64,000 bases of DNA, from NCBI GenBank assembly GCA_965199825.1, contig OZ241329.1:2464001-2528000 (forward strand). The letters run 5' to 3'. This stretch comes from Bdellovibrionales bacterium. Its GTDB lineage: Bacteria > Bdellovibrionota > Bdellovibrionia > Bdellovibrionales > UBA1609. Position 1 is the first letter of the stretch; each line of letters begins with the position of its first letter. Shown here piece after piece: positions 40,437 to 52,037 of the stretch. Both the position numbers and the translations under genes were made by a program. The notes below the pieces were generated by a model. It searched no databases. It had not been told where the DNA came from and saw only the letters and a program-made list of their open reading frames with translations.

Positions 40437-43400
40437 TTAGCTGAGCGCAAGCTCATCGGGGCGCTCGAGACGAGTCATCAACGAGTACACACAAGGCACC
40501 ACAAATAATGTGAGCACTGTTGAAGCAATCACTCCACCAATGATCGAAACCGCCATGGGCACAATGGTTTCTGATCCAGGCCCAAGCGATAAAGCCTCGG
40601 GCAATGCGGCGGCAACAGTTGCCACCGAGGTCATCAAGATGGGACGAAGTCTTACGGGGCAGGCCACGAGCAAAGCTTCGTTGGCATTTTCTGCAGTTTT
40701 TCGACATTGATTGGTAAAATCGACGAGCAAAATCGAATTCTTTTTGACAATCCCCATCAGCAAAATAAATCCAATTAAACTATACATGTTTATAGACTGG
40801 TGAGCACAAGCAAGCCCAATAAACGCGCCAGAAAAACTAAAGGGCAAAGCCATCAACACCGTGATGGGATGAATAAAACTATTAAATTGCGACGCCAACA
40901 CCATGTAAGAGACCAAAATCCCGAGCAGCAACGCAATAATTAAACTCTGAAAGGATTCGCGATAACTTTGCGAATTGCCAACCATTTTTAAACTGTATCC
41001 TGGAGGCAAAAGCTTTCGAGCAATCCCTTCAGCGCTGGTCAAAGCGGTTTGTTGCGAAATTCCTTTAGCCGGATTGGCGTAAACCGTAATTGCTCGAGAT
41101 CGGTTCAACCTCGAAATCAGCATGAGACTGGGGGCCACCTTCTTTTCGGCCACTTCGGAAAGCAAAATAGTTTGACCGCGATTATTTCGTAAACGGATTT
41201 TGTTGAGATCAGGAATTTTGTCGCGCTGATCCGCCGTTAAACGCAGCTCAACCTCATAGCGATGACGCCCCTTTTGATATTCATTTTGGCCAAGCAAGAT
41301 CGCTCCACCCATTAAGGTGTTGATCACTTGGGTTACCGTACTTAATGACAGTCCCCGTGCTGCCAGTTTTTGGCGATCAGGGATAATCTGAACCTCGGGC
41401 ATACCCGATTGCACATCGGTGTTCACGTCGGTAACCAAATTACTTTCTTTGAGCGCATTCATCATTTGTTTGGTGGACTCGGTCAAAGTTGTCCAGTCAG
41501 GGCCTTGCACAATAAACTCAATCGGAAATCCTCGAGTGGCGGCAAATCCGCGTAGTGACAAATCTTGGATGACCACCTCCATCCCGTGGACTCTTTTTTT
41601 AAGATCTTCTCTAATTTTTTGGATAAAGGCACTTTGCGAAATTGAGCGCTTGTCGGGATCAACCAATCCCACAAAGGCGTTTCCCTGATTGACCGCATCG
41701 CCGCCAAATCCGCCCACCACTCCGAGCACCATATCGATCTCGGGCATGGTGTGCAGATAGTCTTCGACCTCTTTCATTTTTTGATCGGTGAGATCAATGC
41801 TTGAACCCACAGGAAGTTTAAACCGCATCATCAATGTGCTCTGATCTTGTGCGGGAGCCATTTCGGCAGGAAGCCCGCGCGCCACCAAAAAACTCAAAAC
41901 AAAAAAGATCAGCGAGCCCAAGACCGTTTTGATTCGGTGTCTTAATAAAAGTGCCAAAACATTTTTATATCGGCTCGCCAAGCGATGAAAAAAACGATCC
42001 ATCGTTTTGGCTAATCGACCCGTTTCGAGAGTCAAATATCTTGAGCACCGCATGGGTGTCAGGGTCAAAGCTTCAAGAAGTGATAACAAAACAGCAATAG
42101 TCACTGTGACCCCGTACTGAAGAAAAAATCGGCCGATCACACCCTTCATAAAAACAACCGGTAAAAAAATCGCCACCACCGCAAGGGTCGCCGCAAGGGC
42201 TGCAAAACTGATTTCACGTGAGCCTTTGATGGCTGCTGCAATTTTACCTTCGCCCAGTTCGCGGTGGCGCACGATGTTTTCGAGCATCATGATCGCATCA
42301 TCTACAACGATCCCAATTGCGAGCGAAAGTCCAAGTAAAGTAAATGTATTTAGTGTAAAATGAAAGGCATAAAAAGCAATAAATGCCCCGATGATCGAGG
42401 TCGGGATCGCCATCAAAACATTCACCGTCGAGGTCCACGAGCCCAAAAAAAGATAACACACCAGCGAACAAAACAACGCCGAGAGCACAAGAGTAAACAA
42501 AAGCTGATGCACCGACTGCTTAATAAACCGGGTGTTGTCGTTACGAACAATCAATTTGTAATCTTTTGGGATCAGATCTTTGATCTCACTCATCCGCGCC
42601 CGCACTAAGTTTGCCACTTCGACCGCGTTTGAGCCGTGCTGCTTGATAATTCCTAAACCCACCGCTCGCTTGCCATTGACCCGCATTTTTTTACGCACAT
42701 CGGTCAAGCCCTCTTCGATGGTTGCCACATCGGAAAGCCGGGTGCGTTTAAAATTTGGCCCCTGGCTTAAGCGATTGTTGATTGCGATTTTTCCAAATTC
42801 GGCAGGCGATTTTGCCTCTCCCAAAAATCGCACACCATATTCATTTTTTGAATTCTCGATTGTGCCTGCAGGAATTTCTAAATGCTCTTGTTGAATGGCT
42901 TGGAGCACATCTTGCGAGGTCATATCAAACTGATCCAGTTTATTCAGATCCGCCCAAACTCGTAAGGCCGGATCCACATAGCCGCCCAATACCACATTGG
43001 CCACACCCTCGACTGTGCCGAATTGATCAAACAAAAAATCACGGGCAAAGATCATCATGTCGATGGGTTTTCGCTCAGTATTGTCTGAAGTCAGGGTCAG
43101 CCACATGATCGGCTGATCCTCGGGATTTTGTTTTCGCAAAGTGGGAGGAAACATATTGTTGGGCAAAAGATTGCGGACTTGATTGATTTTGTTTTGGATA
43201 TTCTGCATGGCCGAATCAATGTTCTGAGACATTTCAAATTCGACCGAAATGCTGCCCGTACTCTGTTGGGCGGTTGAAGTGAGACTTCGAATGCCGTCGA
43301 TTTCCATAATCGCATCTTCGAGCGGATCAAGAATTTGCATCTCGATCACTTCAGGTGCAGCCCCTTGAAGCGAAACCGAAACACTCACCACCGGAAAATC

Positions 43401-43520
43401 CACATCGGGAAGTTGGCTAATTCCTAAACGTTGAAACGAAATTAATCCAAAAATAATCAGAGCCGCCATCAGCATCCAGGCAAAAACGGGTCGCCGAATC
43501 GAGAGCTCTGGCAAATTCAC
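40437..43520 (-). CDS. RND efflux permease (AcrB/AcrD/AcrF family)
   Basis: SIRRPV, LPDVDFP, GIVVDDAI, GIVKKNSILLVDF, RLRPILMTS. Confidence 0.95.
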   Translation of the reverse strand: MNLPELSIRRPVFAWMLMAALIIFGLISFQRLGISQLPDVDFPVVSVSVSLQGAAPEVIEMQILDPLEDAIMEIDGIRSLTSTAQQSTGSISVEFEMSQNIDSAMQNIQNKINQVRNLLPNNMFPPTLRKQNPEDQPIMWLTLTSDNTERKPIDMMIFARDFLFDQFGTVEGVANVVLGGYVDPALRVWADLNKLDQFDMTSQDVLQAIQQEHLEIPAGTIENSKNEYGVRFLGEAKSPAEFGKIAINNRLSQGPNFKRTRLSDVATIEEGLTDVRKKMRVNGKRAVGLGIIKQHGSNAVEVANLVRARMSEIKDLIPKDYKLIVRNDNTRFIKQSVHQLLFTLVLSALFCSLVCYLFLGSWTSTVNVLMAIPTSIIGAFIAFYAFHFTLNTFTLLGLSLAIGIVVDDAIMMLENIVRHRELGEGKIAAAIKGSREISFAALAATLAVVAIFLPVVFMKGVIGRFFLQYGVTVTIAVLLSLLEALTLTPMRCSRYLTLETGRLAKTMDRFFHRLASRYKNVLALLLRHRIKTVLGSLIFFVLSFLVARGLPAEMAPAQDQSTLMMRFKLPVGSSIDLTDQKMKEVEDYLHTMPEIDMVLGVVGGFGGDAVNQGNAFVGLVDPDKRSISQSAFIQKIREDLKKRVHGMEVVIQDLSLRGFAATRGFPIEFIVQGPDWTTLTESTKQMMNALKESNLVTDVNTDVQSGMPEVQIIPDRQKLAARGLSLSTVTQVINTLMGGAILLGQNEYQKGRHRYEVELRLTADQRDKIPDLNKIRLRNNRGQTILLSEVAEKKVAPSLMLISRLNRSRAITVYANPAKGISQQTALTSAEGIARKLLPPGYSLKMVGNSQSYRESFQSLIIALLLGILVSYMVLASQFNSFIHPITVLMALPFSFSGAFIGLACAHQSINMYSLIGFILLMGIVKKNSILLVDFTNQCRKTAENANEALLVACPVRLRPILMTSVATVAAALPEALSLGPGSETIVPMAVSIIGGVIASTVLTLFVVPCVYSLMTRLERPDELALS

Positions 43521-46500
43521 GCAAAAACCTCTTCGCTCTCGGGCCGTTCAAAGCGAGAAAGTAAAAGATAAACACAAGGCACAACAAACAAAGTCAAAAA
43601 GGTTGAAAGTGCAACGCCTCCAATAATTGAAATTGCCATGGGCACACGTGTCTCTGCACCCGCACCAAAGTTGATCGCCTCAGGGAGTGCGCCAACAATG
43701 GTTGCGACCGACGTCATCAAGATCGGTCGCAGCCGAATGGGACACGCCTCAAGCAAGGCTTGCTCGATACTTGACCCTTGTTCTCTGCGTTGATTGGTAA
43801 AGTCCACAAGCAAAATCGAATTCTTTTTAACAATCCCCATCAGCAAAATAAGCCCAATCATACTAAACAAACTTAATGATTGATGAGTCATATAAAGAGC
43901 AAACAGCGCACCCGAAAGTGAAAAAGGCAAAGCCATCAGCACCGTAACCGGATGGATAAAACTATTAAATTGCGAAGCGAGTACCATATAGGCCACCGCA
44001 ATCCCTAAGATCAGCGCAAAGATCAATCCGTTAAAAGCCTCACGAAAGGCATCGGCACTTCCGGTCACACGCATGCGGTATCCTGAAGGCAATACTTCTT
44101 TCGAAATTTTTTCGACCTGAGCTAGAGCATCTTGCTGCGATTTATTCTCGGCCACATTAGCAAAAACCGGAATTGCCCGGGTGCGGTTCACACGCGAAAT
44201 CAGCCCGAGTCCCTGAGTCACCTTAACAGAGCTTGTGTCGAGCAGTCGCACCATCTCTCCACTGCTGCCGCGGTTGTTTCTTAAAAAGATATTATTGAGA
44301 TCACTCACATTTTGATGTTCGTTCTCTTCACTGCGCAATCGGATATAATATCTATGCCCATCTTTGGGATACTGGGTGTTGGCATTAAAAATTTGGCCGC
44401 CAATCAGATAATTCACCTCTTGACCCATGTTCGTAATGCTCACACCTCGAAGGGCTGCCCGATCGCGATCAGGCGTGATTTGCACCTGGGGCATTTGATC
44501 TAAATAATCGGTATTGAGATCGGTAATGAGTTCGGTGGCTTTAAGCCGGGTGAGAATTTGATCGCTATAAGTTTTGAGTTTTTCCCAATCAGGACCCTCT
44601 AAAATAAATTCGATCGGAAATCCTCTTGAAGCACTCAAGCCCGCAAGCGACAGATCTTGAACAAAAACCTCGCTGGTGGGAAAAAGTTTTTGAATTTCAT
44701 TTCGGGTGCGATTCATCACCTGCTGCTGACTGAGCTTTCGAGCCTTAGGCTCTTTTAGAATCACATAGATTAAACCTGCATTGACCACGTTGTTGTTTTG
44801 GTAGTTGCCGATGGTTGTATAGAGATCTTCGATTTCGGGTTGAGTTTTTAAATGCTCTTCCACCTTTTTATAGATGAGGTCGGTGGCGTTAATCGATGTG
44901 CCAACAGGCGTTTTTAGACTGAGCAAAAACATGCTTTGATCTTGAGCGGGTAAAAGTTCTTTTCTTAAGAGCCCCAAAAATCCGAGCGACAAAAGAAATA
45001 TCGCAACCGAGATCACCACCACTTTGGTGCGATGATCGAGACAGGATTTTAAAACCCGCTGATAAGACGATGACAATCGATCCATAAAATGATCCATATG
45101 CCGCAAAATAAATCCAGGCTTATCCATCTTTGCCGAATGAAGAAAGCGCGCCGTCCTCATCGGAGTTAGAGTCAGAGCTTCGAGCAAAGATAAAAATACC
45201 GCAACTGTGACGGTGATTCCGTACTGATAAAAAAATCGTCCCACCACACCTTGCATAAAAACCACAGGAATAAAAATCGCCGCAATCGCAAGAGTTGTGG
45301 CGATCGCCGCAAAGGTGATCTCTCGCGAACCATCCAAAGAAGCTTGCCTGCGATTTTTGCCCATTTCAAAATGGCGCACAATATTTTCGAGCATCATGAT
45401 CGCATCGTCGACCACAATTCCAATCGCAAGCGAAAGTCCTAAAAGTGTAAATGTATTTAAGGTAAATCCAAAAAAGTAAAGGGCACTAAACGCACCCACA
45501 ATCGAGGTCGGAATCGCCAACAGCACATTGATGGTGGATGACCACGATCCCAAAAATAAATAGCAAACCAGTGACGTGAGCAAGGCCGAAAAGAGGAGCG
45601 TCATATTGAGCTCCCACACCGAATCCTTGATAAATTTTGTTGAATCCAGTTGGACGCTCACATCATAACCGGGCAAGAGCGATTGGCGCATCAGCTGAAC
45701 TTTTTGAGCCACTAATTTTCCGACTTCAACCGCATTGGCGCCGTGCTGCTTTACGATTCCTAAGCCCACCGCGGTTTTGCCGTTGATTCTCGAGATCGCT
45801 CGTAAATCAGAAATCCCCTCTTCAATCCGGGCTACGCGTGAAAGCGGAATCGGATTGTAGTTCGCTCCACCTCCGCGGGTGTTGATGCGAATCTTGCCAA
45901 ATTCTTCAACCGATTTGGCCTCGCCCAAAACACGAATATTTTTTTCGTCTTTGGCGGCTTCGATCCGTCCTGCGGGTTGCTCGATCTGCTCGGCTTGGAT
46001 CGCATTCCAAACATCAGTCGCAGTCAATTCTAAATTGTGAAGTTTTTTGGTATCGAGCCAAACTCTTAAATTGGGCTCCACATATCCGGCCAAAGTCACA
46101 TTGCCCACACCATTTAAAGTCGAGAGCTGGTCTTTTAAAGTGTTTCGCGCATAAATCATTTGTTGATAAACAGGAACTGTTTTGTCTGCAGTCACCATCA
46201 CCCAAACAATGGGCTGATCTTCGGGATTGGTTTTGCTAATCACCGGAGGATAAAGAGTTGTGGGCAAACGGTTAGAGACTTGAGAAATTCGATTTTGAAC
46301 TTCTTGGACCGCCACGTTCACATCGTGTTTAAGATTAAAATTGCAAGTGATGTTGGCTGTGCCCTGGCTGACATTCGAAATAATACTTGTGAGCCCTTCG
46401 ATTCCCATCACCGCATCTTCGATGATATCCACCACCGTGAGCTCCATACTTTCTGGAGCTGCGCCGTCGAGTCTCAAAGCCACATTCACAACCGGAAAAT

Positions 46501-46621
46501 CCACGTCGGGCATATTGCTAATGCCCATACGGGTAAAACAAATTGCACCAAATAAGATGAGTGCAAACATCAACATCCATGCAAATACTGGATTTCGAAT
46601 TGAGACTTCAGAGAGATTCAT
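43517..46621 (-). CDS. RND efflux permease (AcrB/AcrD/AcrF family), paralog of the adjacent gene
   Basis: Same motifs; 4-nt overlaps on both sides. Confidence 0.95.
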   Translation of the reverse strand: MNLSEVSIRNPVFAWMLMFALILFGAICFTRMGISNMPDVDFPVVNVALRLDGAAPESMELTVVDIIEDAVMGIEGLTSIISNVSQGTANITCNFNLKHDVNVAVQEVQNRISQVSNRLPTTLYPPVISKTNPEDQPIVWVMVTADKTVPVYQQMIYARNTLKDQLSTLNGVGNVTLAGYVEPNLRVWLDTKKLHNLELTATDVWNAIQAEQIEQPAGRIEAAKDEKNIRVLGEAKSVEEFGKIRINTRGGGANYNPIPLSRVARIEEGISDLRAISRINGKTAVGLGIVKQHGANAVEVGKLVAQKVQLMRQSLLPGYDVSVQLDSTKFIKDSVWELNMTLLFSALLTSLVCYLFLGSWSSTINVLLAIPTSIVGAFSALYFFGFTLNTFTLLGLSLAIGIVVDDAIMMLENIVRHFEMGKNRRQASLDGSREITFAAIATTLAIAAIFIPVVFMQGVVGRFFYQYGITVTVAVFLSLLEALTLTPMRTARFLHSAKMDKPGFILRHMDHFMDRLSSSYQRVLKSCLDHRTKVVVISVAIFLLSLGFLGLLRKELLPAQDQSMFLLSLKTPVGTSINATDLIYKKVEEHLKTQPEIEDLYTTIGNYQNNNVVNAGLIYVILKEPKARKLSQQQVMNRTRNEIQKLFPTSEVFVQDLSLAGLSASRGFPIEFILEGPDWEKLKTYSDQILTRLKATELITDLNTDYLDQMPQVQITPDRDRAALRGVSITNMGQEVNYLIGGQIFNANTQYPKDGHRYYIRLRSEENEHQNVSDLNNIFLRNNRGSSGEMVRLLDTSSVKVTQGLGLISRVNRTRAIPVFANVAENKSQQDALAQVEKISKEVLPSGYRMRVTGSADAFREAFNGLIFALILGIAVAYMVLASQFNSFIHPVTVLMALPFSLSGALFALYMTHQSLSLFSMIGLILLMGIVKKNSILLVDFTNQRREQGSSIEQALLEACPIRLRPILMTSVATIVGALPEAINFGAGAETRVPMAISIIGGVALSTFLTLFVVPCVYLLLSRFERPESEEVFA

Positions 46622-47871
46622 AACAGATCACTTTCGATATCCATCATCGCCGCGGCATAAAGATGAGCCAAATCAGCCCTTAATGAAAAGCGGCCTTTAT
46701 CTAAAAATCTTAAAGCCTCGATATAATTGGTGAGCGAAGTGAGCACATCCAAATTTGTGACCAAACCCAAACGAAAATCGTGTTGCTCTTGTTTAAAAGT
46801 TTGCTCAGAAATTCTTGCGGTCTCTTTGGCTTGTGTGATTTGCAAAAGATCCGCAGTGACCGCCGCATGAGCGGTTTGAATCTCTTGATCCGCCGCTCTT
46901 TGGGCCTGTGACAAAGCAAGTTGAGCCTGATCTTTTTTTGATATTGCTTGCCTCACCCGCGACTGAGTAATCCCGCCCGCAAAGATCGGAACCGTCACCA
47001 TCAGTTTTGCATCCCAATTCACTTGGGCTGCATATCCCGCGCGTTCAAAGTAACGATCATAGGTCAAATCCAAAACGGGCAAATGGGCTTCTTTTGCCAT
47101 CAGTGCTTGATCCTCAGCACTCGAAATCGCTTCGCGATTGGCGCGCACATCGGGACGGCTATCACGTTTATCGGTAAAATATTTGACCGGCTCAATTGTC
47201 GAGACTGGTGATGTCTGCGGCTCTTTTAATTTAATATCTGCGGCAAGCCCCGTCTGAAAGGCCAAGGTCTCGCGGTATGCAGCAAGTTGACCTTTGATTT
47301 GTTGCACCTGCATCAGGAGTGAGGATCGTGCGGTTTTTACGGTGAGAACATCGGTCGGTTGCGATCGACCAATTTTTAAAAATCGATCGAGTTCCTGAAT
47401 ACGCTCATCGTAATACTTCACCTCTTGCTCAAGATTTTTTAAATCCTGCTCTAAAGATAAAATAGAATAAAATGTGGTGGCCAAATTTTCATAAAGTTGA
47501 ATTTTTGCGGTCTCAAGTAAAACCACTTGTTGGCGAAAATCGGCCTTTGCTTTTTTGAGTCCTGAATATTCGGCCCCGCCATGAAACAGCGGCTGAGTGA
47601 CAGAGACAAAACCTAAAGGATTGTAAGGCGGACTGATCGACCCTTGAGTGGGAGACTGCACATTGCGCTGCCAAGTTACATTGTAATTGGCATTGACCGT
47701 GGGAAACAGAGCACCGGTGGCTTGTTTTTTATTTTCCTCAAATTGTTTGATCACCTCGACTTGGGTGCTGACCGCTTCATTATTTTTTTTGGCTTCGCGA
47801 AAACAATCGGTCAGTGAAAGCCCCTCGCCAAAACTAAAATTTAAAAAAATAAATAAGAAAATTTGAATCAT
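46618..47871 (-). CDS. TolC family outer membrane efflux protein
   Basis: Signal peptide; QPLF.GG, VPIFAGG, DVL heptad pattern. Confidence 0.9.
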   Translation of the reverse strand: MIQIFLFIFLNFSFGEGLSLTDCFREAKKNNEAVSTQVEVIKQFEENKKQATGALFPTVNANYNVTWQRNVQSPTQGSISPPYNPLGFVSVTQPLFHGGAEYSGLKKAKADFRQQVVLLETAKIQLYENLATTFYSILSLEQDLKNLEQEVKYYDERIQELDRFLKIGRSQPTDVLTVKTARSSLLMQVQQIKGQLAAYRETLAFQTGLAADIKLKEPQTSPVSTIEPVKYFTDKRDSRPDVRANREAISSAEDQALMAKEAHLPVLDLTYDRYFERAGYAAQVNWDAKLMVTVPIFAGGITQSRVRQAISKKDQAQLALSQAQRAADQEIQTAHAAVTADLLQITQAKETARISEQTFKQEQHDFRLGLVTNLDVLTSLTNYIEALRFLDKGRFSLRADLAHLYAAAMMDIESDLL

Positions 47872-47934
47872 CGATGTCCCTCTTGTGCGAAGAATTTTAG
47901 GATGATCTCAAGTTCTTATTTCAATCGTCAATTT

Positions 47935-49488
47935 TTATTGGGCAATCAAGACGCTCGAACTCAATTCTGACATGATCGACTCAGCCACTCGAATCCCGTC
48001 GCAAGCCGCCGAGGTGATTCCGCCCGCATAGCCCGCCCCCTCGCCGGTGGGATAAAGACCGTGATGCGAGACCGATTGCAGTGTTGTCGGATCGCGCAAA
48101 ATCCTGACTGGGCAAGAGGTTCGGCTCTCCACCCCATGAAACTGCGCAGCATCAGAAATAAAGCCAGGCATCTGCCGATCAAATTGTTCGAGCTGAGTCG
48201 ACATCGCCTCACGCATTTCGACCGAAAATAATTTGTCGAGTCGTGATGCAACAACGCCCGAGGGACATGAGGTTTTTAAAACCTCACCCTCTTTGCCATT
48301 CATAAAATCGATGACCCGTTGAGCCGGCATTTGATGATGCCCGCCTTTGGACTGCACCATTTTTAAAGCACTGCTCTCAAGATCGTCGCGAAATTTCATC
48401 CCGCCAAAAACATCTGTGCCAAAATTTTTGGCGTGATCAACCGTGACAACAATCGCCGCATTGGCAAATGGAGAGTTTCGCGAGTAATTACTCATCCCAT
48501 TACTCACAACACCATTTGCCGAAGTGCCGCTTGAAAGAATGTAGCCCCCAGGACACATACAAAAACTGTAGACTCCCAATCCCGATTTTTTATCGGTGGA
48601 GGCCAATCGATAATTTGCCGCACCTAGTTTGGGATGATCGGACGCCTCACGATAGCGCAACCGATTGATCAAGGCTTGAGGATGTTCAACTCTTAAGCCC
48701 ACCGCAAAACTTTTGCCTTCAAGCGCCACATGATGATTTTTTACCAAATCAAAAACATCGTCGGCCGAGTGACCGGTTGCCAAAACAATATGGTCTGAAT
48801 AAAAATCTGATTTGTTGGTTTTGATTCCTTTGATATTCGAACCCGACAAAATAAAATCGGTCATCCGAGTTTCAAAATGCAAATCGCAACCCTTCGAGAT
48901 CAGATACTCACAAATTTTTGGAATAATTCGGCGAATACGGTTTGAGCCCACATGAGGATTCGAAAGATACTCAATCTCTTCGGGCGCCCCAAAATCCACC
49001 ATGCGCTTCATCACATAGGGAATATAGGGAGATTTGATTCGAGTGATCAGTTTGCCGTCAGAATAAAGTCCTGCACCACCCTCACCAAAACAAACATTGT
49101 TTTCCTGATCTAAATCTCCATGCTTCCAATATTTATTAATCGCCTGAATCCGCTTGAGCCCTTGTGATCCGCGTTCAATCAAGGTGCAGGGAATTCCACG
49201 GTCGACAAATCTTAAAGCTGCAAATAACCCCGCAGGCCCAGAGCCAATAATCAAAGGCCTGTGGGCGTCACGCGGAAATGAAACCGTATCGAGTTTAAAA
49301 TCTTTGGGCTGCGGCTTTTCGCCATGCTCAAAAACTTCGAGCGAATAAATCAAGCGCGGAAGTTTTCGACGAGCATCCACCGATTGGCGCAAAATACGAA
49401 ACCCACCGTAGTCGGGTTGCAAATATTGCAGCTTCTCGCTTAAATCTTCGTCTAATTCCAGTGTGAGATTATGGACGTAACGGCTCAT
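47935..49488 (-). CDS. Uncharacterised NAD(P)/FAD-dependent oxidoreductase
   Basis: IIGSGPAGLFAA, FGEGGAGLYSDGKL, SFCMCPGG, GEGAGYAGGI.SAA.DG. Confidence 0.88.
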   Translation of the reverse strand: MSRYVHNLTLELDEDLSEKLQYLQPDYGGFRILRQSVDARRKLPRLIYSLEVFEHGEKPQPKDFKLDTVSFPRDAHRPLIIGSGPAGLFAALRFVDRGIPCTLIERGSQGLKRIQAINKYWKHGDLDQENNVCFGEGGAGLYSDGKLITRIKSPYIPYVMKRMVDFGAPEEIEYLSNPHVGSNRIRRIIPKICEYLISKGCDLHFETRMTDFILSGSNIKGIKTNKSDFYSDHIVLATGHSADDVFDLVKNHHVALEGKSFAVGLRVEHPQALINRLRYREASDHPKLGAANYRLASTDKKSGLGVYSFCMCPGGYILSSGTSANGVVSNGMSNYSRNSPFANAAIVVTVDHAKNFGTDVFGGMKFRDDLESSALKMVQSKGGHHQMPAQRVIDFMNGKEGEVLKTSCPSGVVASRLDKLFSVEMREAMSTQLEQFDRQMPGFISDAAQFHGVESRTSCPVRILRDPTTLQSVSHHGLYPTGEGAGYAGGITSAACDGIRVAESIMSELSSSVLIAQ

Positions 49489-49562
49489 GATGAGTGAGTC
49501 TTTACCACACAACTCGACCCAAACGATTGCATTACTTTTTATTTCATGCTGACGTCAGGGCC

Positions 49563-52037
49563 ATGTCACAGATCAATTTGCTATCTCCGCTTAAAGGTTA
49601 TCTCACCCCTCTTGAAACCGTGCCCGATGAAGTTTTTGCCGGCCGAATGGTGGGTGATGGAGTCGCCATTGAACCGTTATGCGATATTTTAAGCGCCCCA
49701 TGTGATGCCGAAATTTTAAATATTCATCCAAAAAAACATGCCCTCACTCTTAAAACTTCCTCTGGTGCCCAGATTTTGATCCATATCGGGATCGACACGG
49801 TAAAATTAGATGGCCAAGGATTTTTTTGCCTCGTTAAAGCAGGCGACACGGTTACCGCAGGTCAGGATTTGATCCGCTTTGATGTGGAAGTATTAACCAC
49901 AAAAGCAAAAAGTCTTGTGACACTGATGATTGTCACCGAAGGTGCAAAGGGTCATAGCCTAATCCATTCAGGATTGGTGGACAAAACAACTCCTGTTTAT
50001 ACGCTTGATACTTTTATTGAAGAGGATATCTCCTTAAACTCTTCGATCACCCTAAAAAAATCGGTCAAGCTTCATATGAAAGATGGGCTGCACGCCAGGC
50101 CCTCCGCCTTGATTGTGTCGCGAGCCAAAAAATATCGCTCCCAGGTGGAGCTTAAAACTTTAGACAAAACAGCCAACGCAAAAAGTGTGGTGAGCCTATT
50201 AACCGCAGCCTTTGATCAAACCTCAAGTCTGACATTGGAGGTCACCGGACCTGATGCCCAAGCGTGCATCGATGATCTCGCCGAATTTTTAAATTCCTAT
50301 CGCGAAGAGTCTTCACAATCTGAGATTTTAGAAACGGTCACAAAAAACACCGATCCTAATATATTAAGCGGAACACCGGCGGCACCCGGGCTTGCCCGCG
50401 GCAAAATCTTTTTTTTAAAAAAAACCCAATTTCAGTTTGCCGAGTGGGGTATTGGAATCGAAGTCGAAAAACAAGCACTCAAAAGTGCCTTGTCTCAAAG
50501 TGCTCAAGAAATTTTAGAGCTACAAAATAAAAGTGATTTAGATCCTCGCCAGCTCTCGATTTTTTCGGCTCACTTGGAACTCCTTGAAGATCCTGATTTG
50601 ATTTCTGAAGCCTTAAAGCTGATTGAACTCAAACATTCTGCCGCCTTTTCGTGGAACCAAAGTTACGAGCGCAGAGCCAAAACTTTGAGCGAGCTCAAAA
50701 ATCAATTGATGGCCAATCGCGCAGCCGATCTTCGCGATGTGGGAATGCGAGCCCTCAATCACATGGCCAAAAAAACAGCCGAGCAGATCACCATTCCAAA
50801 AGATGCGATTTTAATTGCCGAAGAAATGACGCCCTCTGAAACTGCGTCTTTGCCAAAGGGATTTGTAGTGGGCCTTTGCACCACGACCGGTGGGCCAACC
50901 TCGCATGTCGCAATCCTTGCCCGCTCGATGGGTCTTCCTGCCATTGCGGGCATCGATCCAAAAGCCCTAAAGCTTGTTGAAGGAACCGAAGTCATTATCG
51001 ATGGGCATCAAGGCGAGTTGCGTCTCAATCCAACCCAACAACAAATCGCGCAAGCCGAAGCTTCAATCGAAATCGAAACCAAAAAACGAAGTCTCGCCTC
51101 AACCTATGCTTCGGCCTCGGCGCATACGCTTGATGATATTTCGATCGAAGTGACCGCAAACATCGGGGGCTTAAGCGATGCCGATCAAGCAGTGCAGCTC
51201 GGTGCAGACGGCGTGGGCCTTTTGCGTTCTGAATTTTTATTTCTTGAGCGCGAAGTTGCACCGAGCGAACAAGAGCAATACGAGGTTTACCAAGCGATTG
51301 CCGATTCCTTAGGAGACCGACCTCTCACCATTCGGACCTTGGATGTGGGTGGTGATAAACCACTCAGGTATCTCCCGCTCGAAAAAGAAGACAATCCATT
51401 TTTAGGTATCAGAGGCTTAAGAGTTGGATTTCGACATCCCGAAATTTTGCGCGAGCAATTGCGCGCCATTTTGCGAATGAATACGACTGCCCCTCTCAAC
51501 ATTATGTTTCCGATGGTCTCTCAACTGGATGAATTGTTAGAGGCCAAAAAAATCTTGGAACAAGAACGCTTTCAACTCGGCCGCCCCATGCCTTCAATTG
51601 GCATGATGATCGAAGTGCCCTCCGCAGCTCTCCTTGCCCATATTTTTGCGCCACATATCGATTTTTTTTCGATCGGTACAAATGATTTGACCCAATACAC
51701 ATTGGCAATGGACCGTGGGCATCACGAATTAGCCAAACATGTGGATGCTCTAAACCCGAGCGTTTTAAAATTAATCGAGATGACGATTGTGGCGGCCAAA
51801 GCCTGCGGCAAATGGGTCTCTGTTTGTGGAGGACTCGCAAGCGAAGAGCAAGCCGTCCCCATCTTAGTTGGCCTCGGTGTTAATGAATTGAGTGTGAGTT
51901 TGGCTTCGATTGGCTTAGTGAAAGCACAAATTCGCGCCTTAAAATTTCATGATTGCCAAGTTCAATCTCAAGCGGCACTTCGAATGGGCCAAGCTCACGA
52001 AGTCCGCAATCTTTCAAAGGACCATTTTTTTATATGA
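49563..52037 (+). CDS. ptsP: Multiphosphoryl transfer protein EIIA(Glc)-HPr-Enzyme I
   Basis: EIIA ([10 protein letters not shown]), HPr (GLHARP, AKSVV), EI ([32 protein letters not shown]). Confidence 0.93.
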   Translation: MSQINLLSPLKGYLTPLETVPDEVFAGRMVGDGVAIEPLCDILSAPCDAEILNIHPKKHALTLKTSSGAQILIHIGIDTVKLDGQGFFCLVKAGDTVTAGQDLIRFDVEVLTTKAKSLVTLMIVTEGAKGHSLIHSGLVDKTTPVYTLDTFIEEDISLNSSITLKKSVKLHMKDGLHARPSALIVSRAKKYRSQVELKTLDKTANAKSVVSLLTAAFDQTSSLTLEVTGPDAQACIDDLAEFLNSYREESSQSEILETVTKNTDPNILSGTPAAPGLARGKIFFLKKTQFQFAEWGIGIEVEKQALKSALSQSAQEILELQNKSDLDPRQLSIFSAHLELLEDPDLISEALKLIELKHSAAFSWNQSYERRAKTLSELKNQLMANRAADLRDVGMRALNHMAKKTAEQITIPKDAILIAEEMTPSETASLPKGFVVGLCTTTGGPTSHVAILARSMGLPAIAGIDPKALKLVEGTEVIIDGHQGELRLNPTQQQIAQAEASIEIETKKRSLASTYASASAHTLDDISIEVTANIGGLSDADQAVQLGADGVGLLRSEFLFLEREVAPSEQEQYEVYQAIADSLGDRPLTIRTLDVGGDKPLRYLPLEKEDNPFLGIRGLRVGFRHPEILREQLRAILRMNTTAPLNIMFPMVSQLDELLEAKKILEQERFQLGRPMPSIGMMIEVPSAALLAHIFAPHIDFFSIGTNDLTQYTLAMDRGHHELAKHVDALNPSVLKLIEMTIVAAKACGKWVSVCGGLASEEQAVPILVGLGVNELSVSLASIGLVKAQIRALKFHDCQVQSQAALRMGQAHEVRNLSKDHFFI

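Noticed and set aside
40720..45460. Near-identical DNA stretches suggesting a repeat element
   Set aside because: They are conserved coding motifs shared by the two RND paralogs
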